Shown piece after piece: positions 56,320 through 64,000 of a stretch of DNA of 64,000 nucleotides. This DNA comes from Bacilli bacterium. GTDB taxonomy: Bacteria > Bacillota_I > Bacilli_A > RF39 > UBA660. The notes under the pieces were generated by a model. That model was not told the DNA's origin, did not search any database, and saw nothing but the letters and a program-made list of their open reading frames with translations. Position numbers and translations under genes: made by a program. The stretch is from positions 18,069 through 82,068 of the forward strand of contig JAFRUZ010000007.1 in assembly GCA_017438635.1 (NCBI GenBank). The letters run 5' to 3'. Position 1 is the stretch's first letter. Every line of letters starts with the position of its first letter.

Positions 56320-56588
56320 ATGAAAGAAATCAGTTTATATATAGATGAATCAGGAAACCTTGGAACAGGTATGGGAAGATATTTTTTAATTTGCGCATTA
56401 GAAGTTGATTCTAAAATAAAGTCAAGCATTATAAAAAGATCTGGAAGGGTTATTTAATACAATGGGCAGATATAATAGCAAATTCATTATATAAAAAATA
56501 TAATAGTAATGAAGAATCATACTATAAAAAAATAAAGCCTTATATTGTTTTCGAAAGCAAATTTCCATCAAGAGAATTCGGAAAGTAA
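56320..56588 (+). pseudogene. decayed DUF3800-like gene (N-terminal 45 codons plus out-of-frame C-terminal remnant)
   Basis: 56320-56457 encodes MKEISLYIDESGNLG...FLICALEV, then a stop. A second frame from about 56458 reads ...YLIQWADIIANSLYKKY.... IYIDESGN and Q.ADIIA are the two conserved ends of DUF3800 as I recall. The total of about 270 nt compares with an expected 600-750 nt. Confidence 0.45.
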
Positions 56589-56596
56589 GATAATAA

Positions 56597-56625
56597 TTGA
56601 CATATAATATAAAAAATGATAATAT
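56597..56625 (+). promoter_or_regulatory. sigma-A-like promoter candidate immediately upstream of the inverted-repeat element
   Basis: TTGACA (56597-56602), a 17-nt spacer, then TAATAT (56620-56625). Confidence 0.35.
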
Positions 56626-56628
56626 AAC

Positions 56629-56736
56629 TATATCAAAAGAACTGGTATATAAGCCTTGTGTAACTTATTCAAGTTATTGAATATAAGAGTTATATTTTAA
56701 CTCAGTTATACAAGCTCTGCCAGTTCTTTTGATATA
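56629..56736 (+). repeat. 108-nt nested inverted-repeat / branched-hairpin element (candidate cis-regulatory RNA leader)
   Basis: The outer arms are a perfect 17 nt: TATATCAAAAGAACTGG (56629-56645) pairing with CCAGTTCTTTTGATATA (56720-56736). An inner 11-bp helix pairs 56655-56665 with 56704-56714. Two internal hairpins lie at 56666-56683 and 56687-56703. Confidence 0.6.
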
Positions 56737-56801
56737 AATATTAAACAATTGTATTTTACAAGTTTTTGTGTTAAAATTAGTAAGAACTTTGGAGTGATAT
56801 T

Positions 56802-57632
56802 ATGAAAGAAGTAATAATTGATACTTTGATTGATTCTATAAAACTATTACCATTTTTATTTATAGCATTTTTACTTATAGAATTATTTGAACATAAATTT
56901 AGTAAAAAAACAAAAAATAAATTATCTAAATCAAATAGATTGGGTCCAGTTATTGGTAGCATCCTTGGAATTATTCCTCAGTGTGGCTTCAGTGTTATGG
57001 CTACTAATCTATATGCTACAAGAATAATAACATTAGGTACTCTAATTGCAGTATATTTATCTACTAGTGATGAAATGATACCTATCTTAATAGCAGAAAA
57101 AGCACCAATTAGTTTACTTATAAAAATACTTTTAATAAAACTAGTTGTAGGAATTATATTTGGTATTATAATTGATTTACTAATAAAAAGAAAAGATAAA
57201 GAAAACTATCACATATGTGAAGATGATCATTGTAACTGTGATGACGAACATTTCTTAAAAGCAGCTTTAAAACATACATTTAACATCTTTATCTTTATAT
57301 TAATATGTACTTTAATAATAAATGCAATAATGGAATATGGTGGGAACACTATACTAAATAAAATACTTTTAAAAAATAATATTTTTGCACCATTTTTAAC
57401 TAGTTTAATAGGTTTAATTCCAAACTGTGCAGCATCAGTAATACTAACAGAACTATATTTAAATAGTGCAATAACTTTTGCAGCATTAGTATCAGGCCTT
57501 CTTACAGGTGCAGGGCTTGGTATATTAGTATTATTTAGAACAAATAAGAATAAAAAAGAAAATATTAAAATACTATTAACAATATATGTAATTGGAGTGT
57601 TAGTAGGATTATTATTAGAAATATTTATCTAA
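56802..57632 (+). CDS. polytopic metal(loid) permease-like protein (resembles the 'putative 10-TM heavy-metal exporter' ArsP_2-type family)
   Basis: It has two homologous halves with the motifs IIPQCGFSV and LIPNCAASV. The central loop HICEDDHCNCDDEH is rich in His and Cys. The motif STSDE is present. Confidence 0.5.
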   Translation: MKEVIIDTLIDSIKLLPFLFIAFLLIELFEHKFSKKTKNKLSKSNRLGPVIGSILGIIPQCGFSVMATNLYATRIITLGTLIAVYLSTSDEMIPILIAEKAPISLLIKILLIKLVVGIIFGIIIDLLIKRKDKENYHICEDDHCNCDDEHFLKAALKHTFNIFIFILICTLIINAIMEYGGNTILNKILLKNNIFAPFLTSLIGLIPNCAASVILTELYLNSAITFAALVSGLLTGAGLGILVLFRTNKNKKENIKILLTIYVIGVLVGLLLEIFI

Positions 57633-57655
57633 GAAGGCTAGTCCTTCTTTTTTCT
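57631..57655 (+). terminator. rho-independent terminator
   Basis: The hairpin AAGAAGG-CTAGT-CCTTCTT is followed by TTTTC. Confidence 0.6.
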
Positions 57656-57685
57656 TTTTGGTATAATGTTTATAAGGAGGAGCCT

Positions 57686-59848
57686 ATGGTTTGTGACTGT
57701 CTAGTAGAATTATCACATGTATTTTTTGATAAAACATTTACTTATCTAATACCAACAGAATTACAAAAAGACATAAAAATTGGTATGCGTGTAAAAGTAC
57801 CATTTGGTAAACAAACACTGGAAGCTTTTGTTATGTCTATTTATCATAGTAAAGAAGACATAGAACTAAAAGAAATAATCTCATTAGTAGATTCTTATCC
57901 AGTATTAAATGAAGAACTTATACAATTAGGTAAAGTATTACAACGAATGACTATGGCTTCTTTAATGTCTTGTTATCAAGTTATGCTTCCTAAAGCTTTA
58001 AAAGCAAAAGAGAAAGTAAGAATTAATGTTAAAAAAAATAAATACATTTTATTAAATGATATAGATATAAATGATATAAAGTTTAATGAATCACAAGAAA
58101 AAATAATTAAATATTTAAAAGAGAATAACAAGGTATTAAAAACAGAACTTAATAAAATATCAGAAAGTAGTGTAAATACTTTATTAAAAAAAGGAATATT
58201 AAAACAAATTGAAGAAGAGGCATATAGATATAACTTAGAAAAAAGTGAAAAGAAAAGCTTTACTCTAAATAATGATCAATTAGTAATTTTTAATAGAATA
58301 AATTCAAGCTTAGATGAAAATGAAATATTTTTAATACATGGAGTTACAGGCTCTGGAAAAACTAATATATATATAAAGTTAATTGAAGAAGTAATAAAAA
58401 GAGGTAAAAAAGCATTATTTCTAGTACCAGAAATATCTTTAACACCTCAGATAATAAATAGATTTACATCATACTTTGATAATATTGCAGTTTTGCATAG
58501 TAGATTATCAGATAGTGAAAAGTATGACGAATGGCGAAAAATAAACGAAGGCAAGGTAGACATCGTAATTGGGGCCAGAAGTGCCGTATTTGCACCTTTA
58601 AAGGACATAGGTATAATCATTATTGATGAGGAACATAGTTCTAGTTATAAACAAGAAAATACCCCTAGATACAGTGCTATAGATGTTGCAAAACAAAGAA
58701 GTAAGTATCATAGTTGTCCGCTTATACTAGGTAGTGCAACGCCTTCTATGGAAAGTTATGCAAGAGCTCAAGTGGGGACTTATAATTTATTAGAATTAAA
58801 AACAAGATATAATGGAATGAATCCAGATATCGAAATAATAAATATGAATGAAGAATACAAAAAAACTAATGATTACTTTTCTCAAAAACTCATAGATAAT
58901 ATCAAAGAAACAATAAATAAAAAAGAACAAGTTATCTTATTTTTAAATAAAAGAGGTTATTCATCACTAGTAACATGTTCTAATTGTGGTTATACTGAAA
59001 AATGTCCGAATTGTGATATTACAATGACTTATCATAAAACTTCAAATATGCTTAGATGTCATTACTGTGGTTATGCTAGAAAAAAAGAAAAAGAATGTAT
59101 TAGTTGTGGAGCATATTATAAAGAATATGGATTAGGAACTGAAAAAGTAGAAGAAACATTAAGAGAATTAATACCTGAATCCAAAATAATTAGAATGGAT
59201 GTAGATACAACTACTAAAAAAAATGCTCATGAAAAGATAATAAAAAGTTTTCAAAATAAAGACTACAATATTCTTTTAGGAACACAGATGATTGCTAAAG
59301 GGCTTGATTTTGAAAATGTAACTTTAGTAGGAATAATAAATGCTGATATAAGTCTTAATTTTCCAGATTATAGAAGTAGTGAAAATACATTTCAATTACT
59401 AAATCAAGTATCAGGAAGAAGTGGAAGAGGAGAGAAGAAAGGAAAAGTTTTAATTCAGACATTTAATCCGGATCATTATGCAATAAAATATAGTGCTACT
59501 AATGATTATATTGGTTTCTATAACCAAGAATTATCAATAAGAAAGAAACTAAACTATCCACCTTTCTGTTATATATGTCTTATAAGAATAATATCTAAAA
59601 ATTATGATATGGCAAGTAAAACTAGTTTTAAAATAGGAGCTTATTTAAAAAAGAAAATAGAAAATGAAACAGTTTTAGGCCCAGCAACTGCAAATACATT
59701 TAAAATAAATAATGAATATAGATTCCAAATAATTATTAAGTATAAAGATATTAACAATATAAGAAAGTACTTATACATGTTAGAAGAAAGATTTTTCAAT
59801 GACAAGGAAGTAAAATTAGAAATAGACTTCAATCCTATAAAATTTTAA
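57686..59848 (+). CDS. priA: primosomal replication-restart helicase PriA
   Basis: It has the Walker A GVTGSGKT, DEEH, and the Cys-rich zinc insert CSNCGY..KCPNCD...CHYCGY...CISCG. The protein is 720 aa. Confidence 0.9.
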   Translation: MVCDCLVELSHVFFDKTFTYLIPTELQKDIKIGMRVKVPFGKQTLEAFVMSIYHSKEDIELKEIISLVDSYPVLNEELIQLGKVLQRMTMASLMSCYQVMLPKALKAKEKVRINVKKNKYILLNDIDINDIKFNESQEKIIKYLKENNKVLKTELNKISESSVNTLLKKGILKQIEEEAYRYNLEKSEKKSFTLNNDQLVIFNRINSSLDENEIFLIHGVTGSGKTNIYIKLIEEVIKRGKKALFLVPEISLTPQIINRFTSYFDNIAVLHSRLSDSEKYDEWRKINEGKVDIVIGARSAVFAPLKDIGIIIIDEEHSSSYKQENTPRYSAIDVAKQRSKYHSCPLILGSATPSMESYARAQVGTYNLLELKTRYNGMNPDIEIINMNEEYKKTNDYFSQKLIDNIKETINKKEQVILFLNKRGYSSLVTCSNCGYTEKCPNCDITMTYHKTSNMLRCHYCGYARKKEKECISCGAYYKEYGLGTEKVEETLRELIPESKIIRMDVDTTTKKNAHEKIIKSFQNKDYNILLGTQMIAKGLDFENVTLVGIINADISLNFPDYRSSENTFQLLNQVSGRSGRGEKKGKVLIQTFNPDHYAIKYSATNDYIGFYNQELSIRKKLNYPPFCYICLIRIISKNYDMASKTSFKIGAYLKKKIENETVLGPATANTFKINNEYRFQIIIKYKDINNIRKYLYMLEERFFNDKEVKLEIDFNPIKF

Positions 59849-59856
59849 AAAATAAA

Positions 59857-59892
59857 AAAAACCGGTATGTTAGTTAATTCATACCGGTTTGT
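59857..59892. terminator. bidirectional terminator between convergent priA and the pilus ATPase gene
   Basis: The hairpin AAACCGGTATG-(10 nt)-CATACCGGTTT has an 11-bp stem. The stop codon of the ATPase gene lies in the loop. Confidence 0.65.
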
Positions 59893-61433
59893 CCGTTTGC
59901 ATTTATATTTTGATTTATCATATCTACTAAATTATTAGTGTAATTATTAGTATTAACATTAGATTGTGCTGGTGCACTAGGACTAGTTTGTGCTGGTGCA
60001 CTAGGACTAGTTTGTGCAGGTTGTGTATTGTTAGAAGTCAAAGAATTAAATACATTATCATCAAATAAGTTTTGACTATTTGTATTATAAGCTTGTTCAT
60101 TTTGAACAGGCTCAATTATTTTATTTTCAGGAGCAACTGTTTTATTATTTGGAACAGGTACTACATTTTGAGCTTCTTTTGCTTGATTTGCATTACTAGT
60201 ATTATCAGTATTATCTCTTACATATTGTTCTGATATATCATCGTAATCATCATCATCTACTAAACGGAATACTTCTTTTAAATCAGTTATTCCTTCCATA
60301 ACTTTTATAAGTCCATCTTGTAATAGATTTCTAACATTCTTATTCTTAGTATAGATTAATTTTTTTAATTCTTCACGATCAATATTTCTATTTATAGCAT
60401 CACGTATTTCTTCATTAATCATTAATACTTCTTGTAGTGCAATTCTTCCTGTATAACCATTGTGACAATGTTCACATCTGCCTGCTTCATATATTGTTTC
60501 AATATCAACATTTAAAGCTTTCTTAAACAGTGTTTTTTCAGTTTCGTTAGCAGGCCTTTGAACTCTACAATAAGGACATAATCTCTTAGCAAGAGTTTGA
60601 GAAATGATACCTTTCAAAGATGAAGAAAGCAAATATCTTTCAACATCCATATCTACAAGTCTTTCAATAGTAGTAAGAGAGTTGTTAGTATGCAGTGTAG
60701 ATAAAACTAAGTGCCCTGTAATAGAAGCACGAACAGCTATTTTTGCAGTTTCGCTATCACGAATTTCTCCGATAAGAATTATATTCGGGTCTTGTCTTAG
60801 TATTGAACGAAGAACAGCAGCAAAGTCTAGCCCAATTTCAGAATTAACTTGTACTTGGTTTAATCCTTCAATACTCATTTCTACGGGGTCTTCAACTGTG
60901 ATTATATTAACTTCTTCACGGTTTAACCTTTGAAGCATTGAATAAACAGTAGTAGACTTACCAGAACCAGTAGCACCAGTTATTAAAATGATACCATTCG
61001 GTAAAGCAAGCATATCCATAATAGTCTTGTAGTTTTCACCAGTAAATCCTAAAGTTTCAATACCTTGTAAACTCATTGAATAGTCTAGAATTCTTATAAC
61101 GATTTTTTCTCCGAAACTTGCAGGCAACGCAGAAACACGTAAATCAAGATCTTTACCTTCAATGACACTTTTTATAGCACCATCTTGAGGAAGACGAGAT
61201 TCCGTTATGTTCATACCTGCAAGAAGTTTAATTCTTGTAGTTAAATTTCTTTTATATTTATTATCAACGATGGTATAATCTCTAAGTTCACCATCGATTC
61301 TTATTCTAACTTTTAAATAATTTTCAGCAGGGTCAAAGTGAATATCACTTGCATTCTTGATTACAGAATCAATTATAATCTCGTTAACAATGTTAACAAT
61401 AGGTGTAGTTGTAAAATCAAACTCTTTCATCAT
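59874..61433 (-). CDS. pilB: type IV filament assembly ATPase (GspE/PilB/ComGA family), short N-terminus, long low-complexity C-terminal tail
   Basis: It has the Walker A GATGSGKST, the Asp box, the Walker B ILIGEIRD, the His box LSTLHTN and the tetracysteine CPYC...CEHC. The protein starts directly at the N2 domain (ASDIHFDP). Confidence 0.88.
   Translation of the reverse strand: MMKEFDFTTTPIVNIVNEIIIDSVIKNASDIHFDPAENYLKVRIRIDGELRDYTIVDNKYKRNLTTRIKLLAGMNITESRLPQDGAIKSVIEGKDLDLRVSALPASFGEKIVIRILDYSMSLQGIETLGFTGENYKTIMDMLALPNGIILITGATGSGKSTTVYSMLQRLNREEVNIITVEDPVEMSIEGLNQVQVNSEIGLDFAAVLRSILRQDPNIILIGEIRDSETAKIAVRASITGHLVLSTLHTNNSLTTIERLVDMDVERYLLSSSLKGIISQTLAKRLCPYCRVQRPANETEKTLFKKALNVDIETIYEAGRCEHCHNGYTGRIALQEVLMINEEIRDAINRNIDREELKKLIYTKNKNVRNLLQDGLIKVMEGITDLKEVFRLVDDDDYDDISEQYVRDNTDNTSNANQAKEAQNVVPVPNNKTVAPENKIIEPVQNEQAYNTNSQNLFDDNVFNSLTSNNTQPAQTSPSAPAQTSPSAPAQSNVNTNNYTNNLVDMINQNINANGQTGMN
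59967..60014. repeat. perfect 24-nt tandem duplication inside the ATPase C-terminal tail
   Basis: TGCTGGTGCACTAGGACTAGTTTG occurs twice (59967-59990 and 59991-60014). It encodes AQTSPSAP twice on the minus strand. Confidence 0.9.
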
Positions 61434-61538
61434 AATGAATTGCCCCTTCTTATTATTTTTTTAATAAACTACTAGCATTTATTCTTAAATTATTATATAA
61501 TAGATTTTGAAAATAAGCAAGTGGGAGGATTATAATTT

Positions 61539-63512
61539 ATGAAAAAAAATAACAAAAATCTAAACACAAAAGGGTTTGTAATGTCCGAACTTTTAGCGGC
61601 TTCGATAGTAATTCTTTTGCTATTCTCAATTTTATTTGCTAATTATTTACCCCTAACAGGCGAATTTGAAACAAGAATAGCATACAACAACGTAACAGCA
61701 AACTATGGAGCCTTCTATGTAAGAAAAGTATATAAAACAGTTTTAGAAGATTCTACTGCCAAAGCAACTCTTGATCAAGGTCTAGTAGACAAAGGTTATT
61801 ATACTGTTTATACTTCAACAAAACCTAATGAAATTAAACTTGCAACAAATTATGAAGACGATTTGGCTAATATAATAGAAAAGTATCAAATCGAGGAAAT
61901 AATAATAACTAAGTACAAAACAGATGAGGTAAAAGGTCGAGGAACAAACTTGGACAAACGTTATACAAGGTCTTCTGGAGTGCTATACAGTTATATAAAA
62001 TATTTGCCTTATTATACACTATCAATGTATGATGGGAAAAGTTCTGAACCGTATAGATTGATTATGAAAACAGGTTATGGATATGCCACAACTCAAATAT
62101 TACCTGACCCTCCGACACCTATAAGTTGCTTTGATTTAAAGTATATCAAAGAGGGAGAGTTTACTGTAACTAATTATCACGAAGAATGTGGTGAAAATGT
62201 TACTATAACTGCTAATGAGATTACTGTTGGAATGGGCTCAGAAGCAAGACATGGTGTCATAACATCTATCACTGGTACAGCTAATAACAAAGGTGCCTTT
62301 GAAGGTAAAGGAATAAAAACTATAAACCTATCTCAAAGGATTACAGATATTGGTAAAAATGCCTTTAAAAATAATTTTATTAATAAATTTAGTTTTGAAA
62401 ATAATGCTCCAGGAGTTACTAGTATTGGAGATTATGCATTTAGTGATAACAAATTTACTAGAATAACTATACCAGGAACTATAACCACAATAGGTGAAGG
62501 AGCTTTTGCTAATAATTATAATTTACAAGTAATAGAATTTGACTTCGAACATGCTACTAATCCAATTAACATAATATCTAAAAATATGTTTTCACTATCA
62601 GAATATGGAAGTATGAATTCAAATAATTTGATCAGTTTATTTATACCTGCTAACATACAAACAATTAAAGAAAATGCCTTCCGTAATTTACAATTCTCAT
62701 CTATTGAATTTGAAAACAATATAGAAACTAATGAAGATGAAGGAGAAGAAGTCGAAATATCAGATCCAAGTCAATTAGAAACAATAGAAGCAAATGCTTT
62801 CAGAATTGACGAACAAGCACCAATATCACCTACTAATTACATACAGTTATCTTTACCAAACAGGATTGAAACAATAGGGGCAGGTGCCTTCCAAAATGTA
62901 AAACTAGGTAGATTGATATTCCAAGTTGATGACTCATCATATTCTGCTTTAAAAACTATAGGAGCAAATGCTTTTAATGTATATGAAACAAATATAGCTA
63001 ATATAAACACTGAAGATTTTTGTGATACCGTACCTGGAGAAGAAGGACAACCAGCTACTTGTGAATATAAAAGAAATCTAAAAATTCCAACTAGTGTCAC
63101 AAGAATAAATGCCAATGCCTTTAAGAATCAAGAATTAGAGGCAATTGTGTTCGATAACATAAATGATCAAGGGATTGTTGTAACTAATAGTAAACTAACC
63201 CATATAGAAGATGGCGCTTTCAGTGGCAACAAACTAGAAACTATTACTATACCACCAAGTCTTGCGGTATCAGATGCAACTGTCGGTAAACAAATATTTG
63301 GTTCATCATATACTCTTGGTAACAATAGTGGAGAAATAATAATTCAAAACCCAGATATGTTTAACAAATCCTGGTGGTGTGATGCACTTTTTGGATCAAC
63401 TTGTACAGTAGAAAGAGTAGATGAAGAAGGTGTTAATGATTATAAATATACACATAATTCAACGACTAAATATATAAGCTATCAGGGAGAAGAAGAAGGG
63501 GAAGGAGAGTAA
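61539..63512 (+). CDS. modular type IV pilin-like protein with BspA-type leucine-rich-repeat (LRR_5-like) domain
   Basis: The N-terminus MKKNNKNLNTKG/FVMSELLAASIVILLLFSILF has Gly-1, Glu+5 and a hydrophobic helix. From about residue 230 there are at least 8 repeats of the form I(P)..(I/V)..IG..AF....L..I.F. RBS is GGGAGGA. Confidence 0.7.
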   Translation: MKKNNKNLNTKGFVMSELLAASIVILLLFSILFANYLPLTGEFETRIAYNNVTANYGAFYVRKVYKTVLEDSTAKATLDQGLVDKGYYTVYTSTKPNEIKLATNYEDDLANIIEKYQIEEIIITKYKTDEVKGRGTNLDKRYTRSSGVLYSYIKYLPYYTLSMYDGKSSEPYRLIMKTGYGYATTQILPDPPTPISCFDLKYIKEGEFTVTNYHEECGENVTITANEITVGMGSEARHGVITSITGTANNKGAFEGKGIKTINLSQRITDIGKNAFKNNFINKFSFENNAPGVTSIGDYAFSDNKFTRITIPGTITTIGEGAFANNYNLQVIEFDFEHATNPINIISKNMFSLSEYGSMNSNNLISLFIPANIQTIKENAFRNLQFSSIEFENNIETNEDEGEEVEISDPSQLETIEANAFRIDEQAPISPTNYIQLSLPNRIETIGAGAFQNVKLGRLIFQVDDSSYSALKTIGANAFNVYETNIANINTEDFCDTVPGEEGQPATCEYKRNLKIPTSVTRINANAFKNQELEAIVFDNINDQGIVVTNSKLTHIEDGAFSGNKLETITIPPSLAVSDATVGKQIFGSSYTLGNNSGEIIIQNPDMFNKSWWCDALFGSTCTVERVDEEGVNDYKYTHNSTTKYISYQGEEEGEGE

Positions 63513-63515
63513 GTT

Positions 63516-64000
63516 ATGAATAATAAAGGTATGACTTTAGTAGAATTACTTATTACTTTTTCACTTTTAATGATAATAGTAGTAGGCATGTTTAATCTTA
63601 TTTTGGATGTAAAAATGGATTTAGATGATAAGCAAATTGGTAAAGACATAAGTGAATATTCGAACTTTTTAAATAGTGATATACATTATGAATTAATAAC
63701 TAGAAGACCTATTGCTATTGCCATAAAAACAACACCTAGTGGTAATTGGAATATAAAATACAATACAATTTATGATAATGATGAAGATTGTGGAACAGAA
63801 GAAAATCCTATTCCATGTGGTATAAATGGTGATAACTTTAGAGTTGATTCAACATATAAAGATGGTACAAAAACTGTAACTATAACAGGAACAAAAAATA
63901 TTGCTAATGTTTGTAGCAATTTCTTCCCATGTGCAGTTTATACATATTACGATTCACAAGCTGTAAACAATCAAGGACAAGCATCTGCAATATTCAAAGT
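63516..64000 (+). CDS. prepilin-type N-terminal cleavage/methylation domain protein (minor pilin/pseudopilin), 3' end outside window
   Basis: MNNKG/MTLVELLITFSLLMIIVVGMF is a canonical class III signal. The gene starts 3 nt after the LRR-pilin stop. It is not in the ORF track because it runs off the window. Confidence 0.7.
   Translation, partial: MNNKGMTLVELLITFSLLMIIVVGMFNLILDVKMDLDDKQIGKDISEYSNFLNSDIHYELITRRPIAIAIKTTPSGNWNIKYNTIYDNDEDCGTEENPIPCGINGDNFRVDSTYKDGTKTVTITGTKNIANVCSNFFPCAVYTYYDSQAVNNQGQASAIFK

Noticed and set aside
56629-56736. The 108-nt element read as a MITE or IS remnant because of its perfect 17-bp terminal inverted repeats.
   Set aside because: There is no convincing target-site duplication flanking the arms, no second copy in the window and no transposase nearby. 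This cannot be excluded without a genome-wide copy count, so the element is kept as a finding with both readings stated.
61539-61553. The A8 tract immediately after the start codon of the LRR-pilin gene (ATGAAAAAAAATAAC), considered as a phase-variation switch.
   Set aside because: A-runs of this length are abundant throughout this AT-rich window, including in essential genes. There is no evidence of length heterogeneity from a single sequence.
1-64000. A search for rRNA, tRNA, CRISPR arrays, integrases, transposases, prophage or classic defence-island modules.
   Set aside because: I found no tRNA-like T-arm/acceptor signatures, no regularly spaced direct repeats, and no recombinase or phage structural motifs. 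The only non-core patch is 56219-56801.

Overview
This is a 64-kb chromosomal segment from a very AT-rich (roughly 30% GC by eye), endospore-forming low-GC Firmicute. Spore genes present include an alpha/beta SASP, gpr, spoIIP, cse60, a YqfQ-like gene and two CotY/CotZ-like coat genes. I count about 60 protein-coding genes and one RNase P RNA. I could not recognise any rRNA, tRNA, CRISPR array, transposase, integrase or prophage.

Most of the window is core housekeeping arranged in Bacillus-type blocks:
- pta/ptb-buk, asnS, murT-gatD-like, tig, thiI
- addB-addA, phosphoketolase, prsW, ftsW/rodA
- rimM-trmD, fmt, RNase J
- recU-ponA-LCP beside gpsB-rnpB
- rodZ-like-pgsA-recA-rny
- rpsT / gpr-spoIIP
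- tkt, lon, priA

All family assignments come from motif and sequence recall only; no searches were run.

The observations most worth follow-up are:
1. A type IV filament system split into two loci. Its pilin operon opens with a 657-aa protein that joins a class III (prepilin) signal to a BspA-type leucine-rich-repeat domain.
2. A 108-nt nested inverted-repeat element that starts right after a sigma-A-like promoter and forms the leader of a Cys/His-rich metal-permease gene.
3. A MurT/GatD pair whose GatD has lost the catalytic Cys and His.
4. A textbook T-box discriminator with an SD-sequestering alternative helix upstream of asnS, with almost no room for a Stem I.
5. Several other proteins with degenerate active sites: an RNase J paralog, a Fic domain with His to Gln, and a membrane-anchored EIIB-like domain with Cys to Asn.
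6. An NPETG-anchored surface protein, plus a sortase island inserted after the gpr-spoIIP block.
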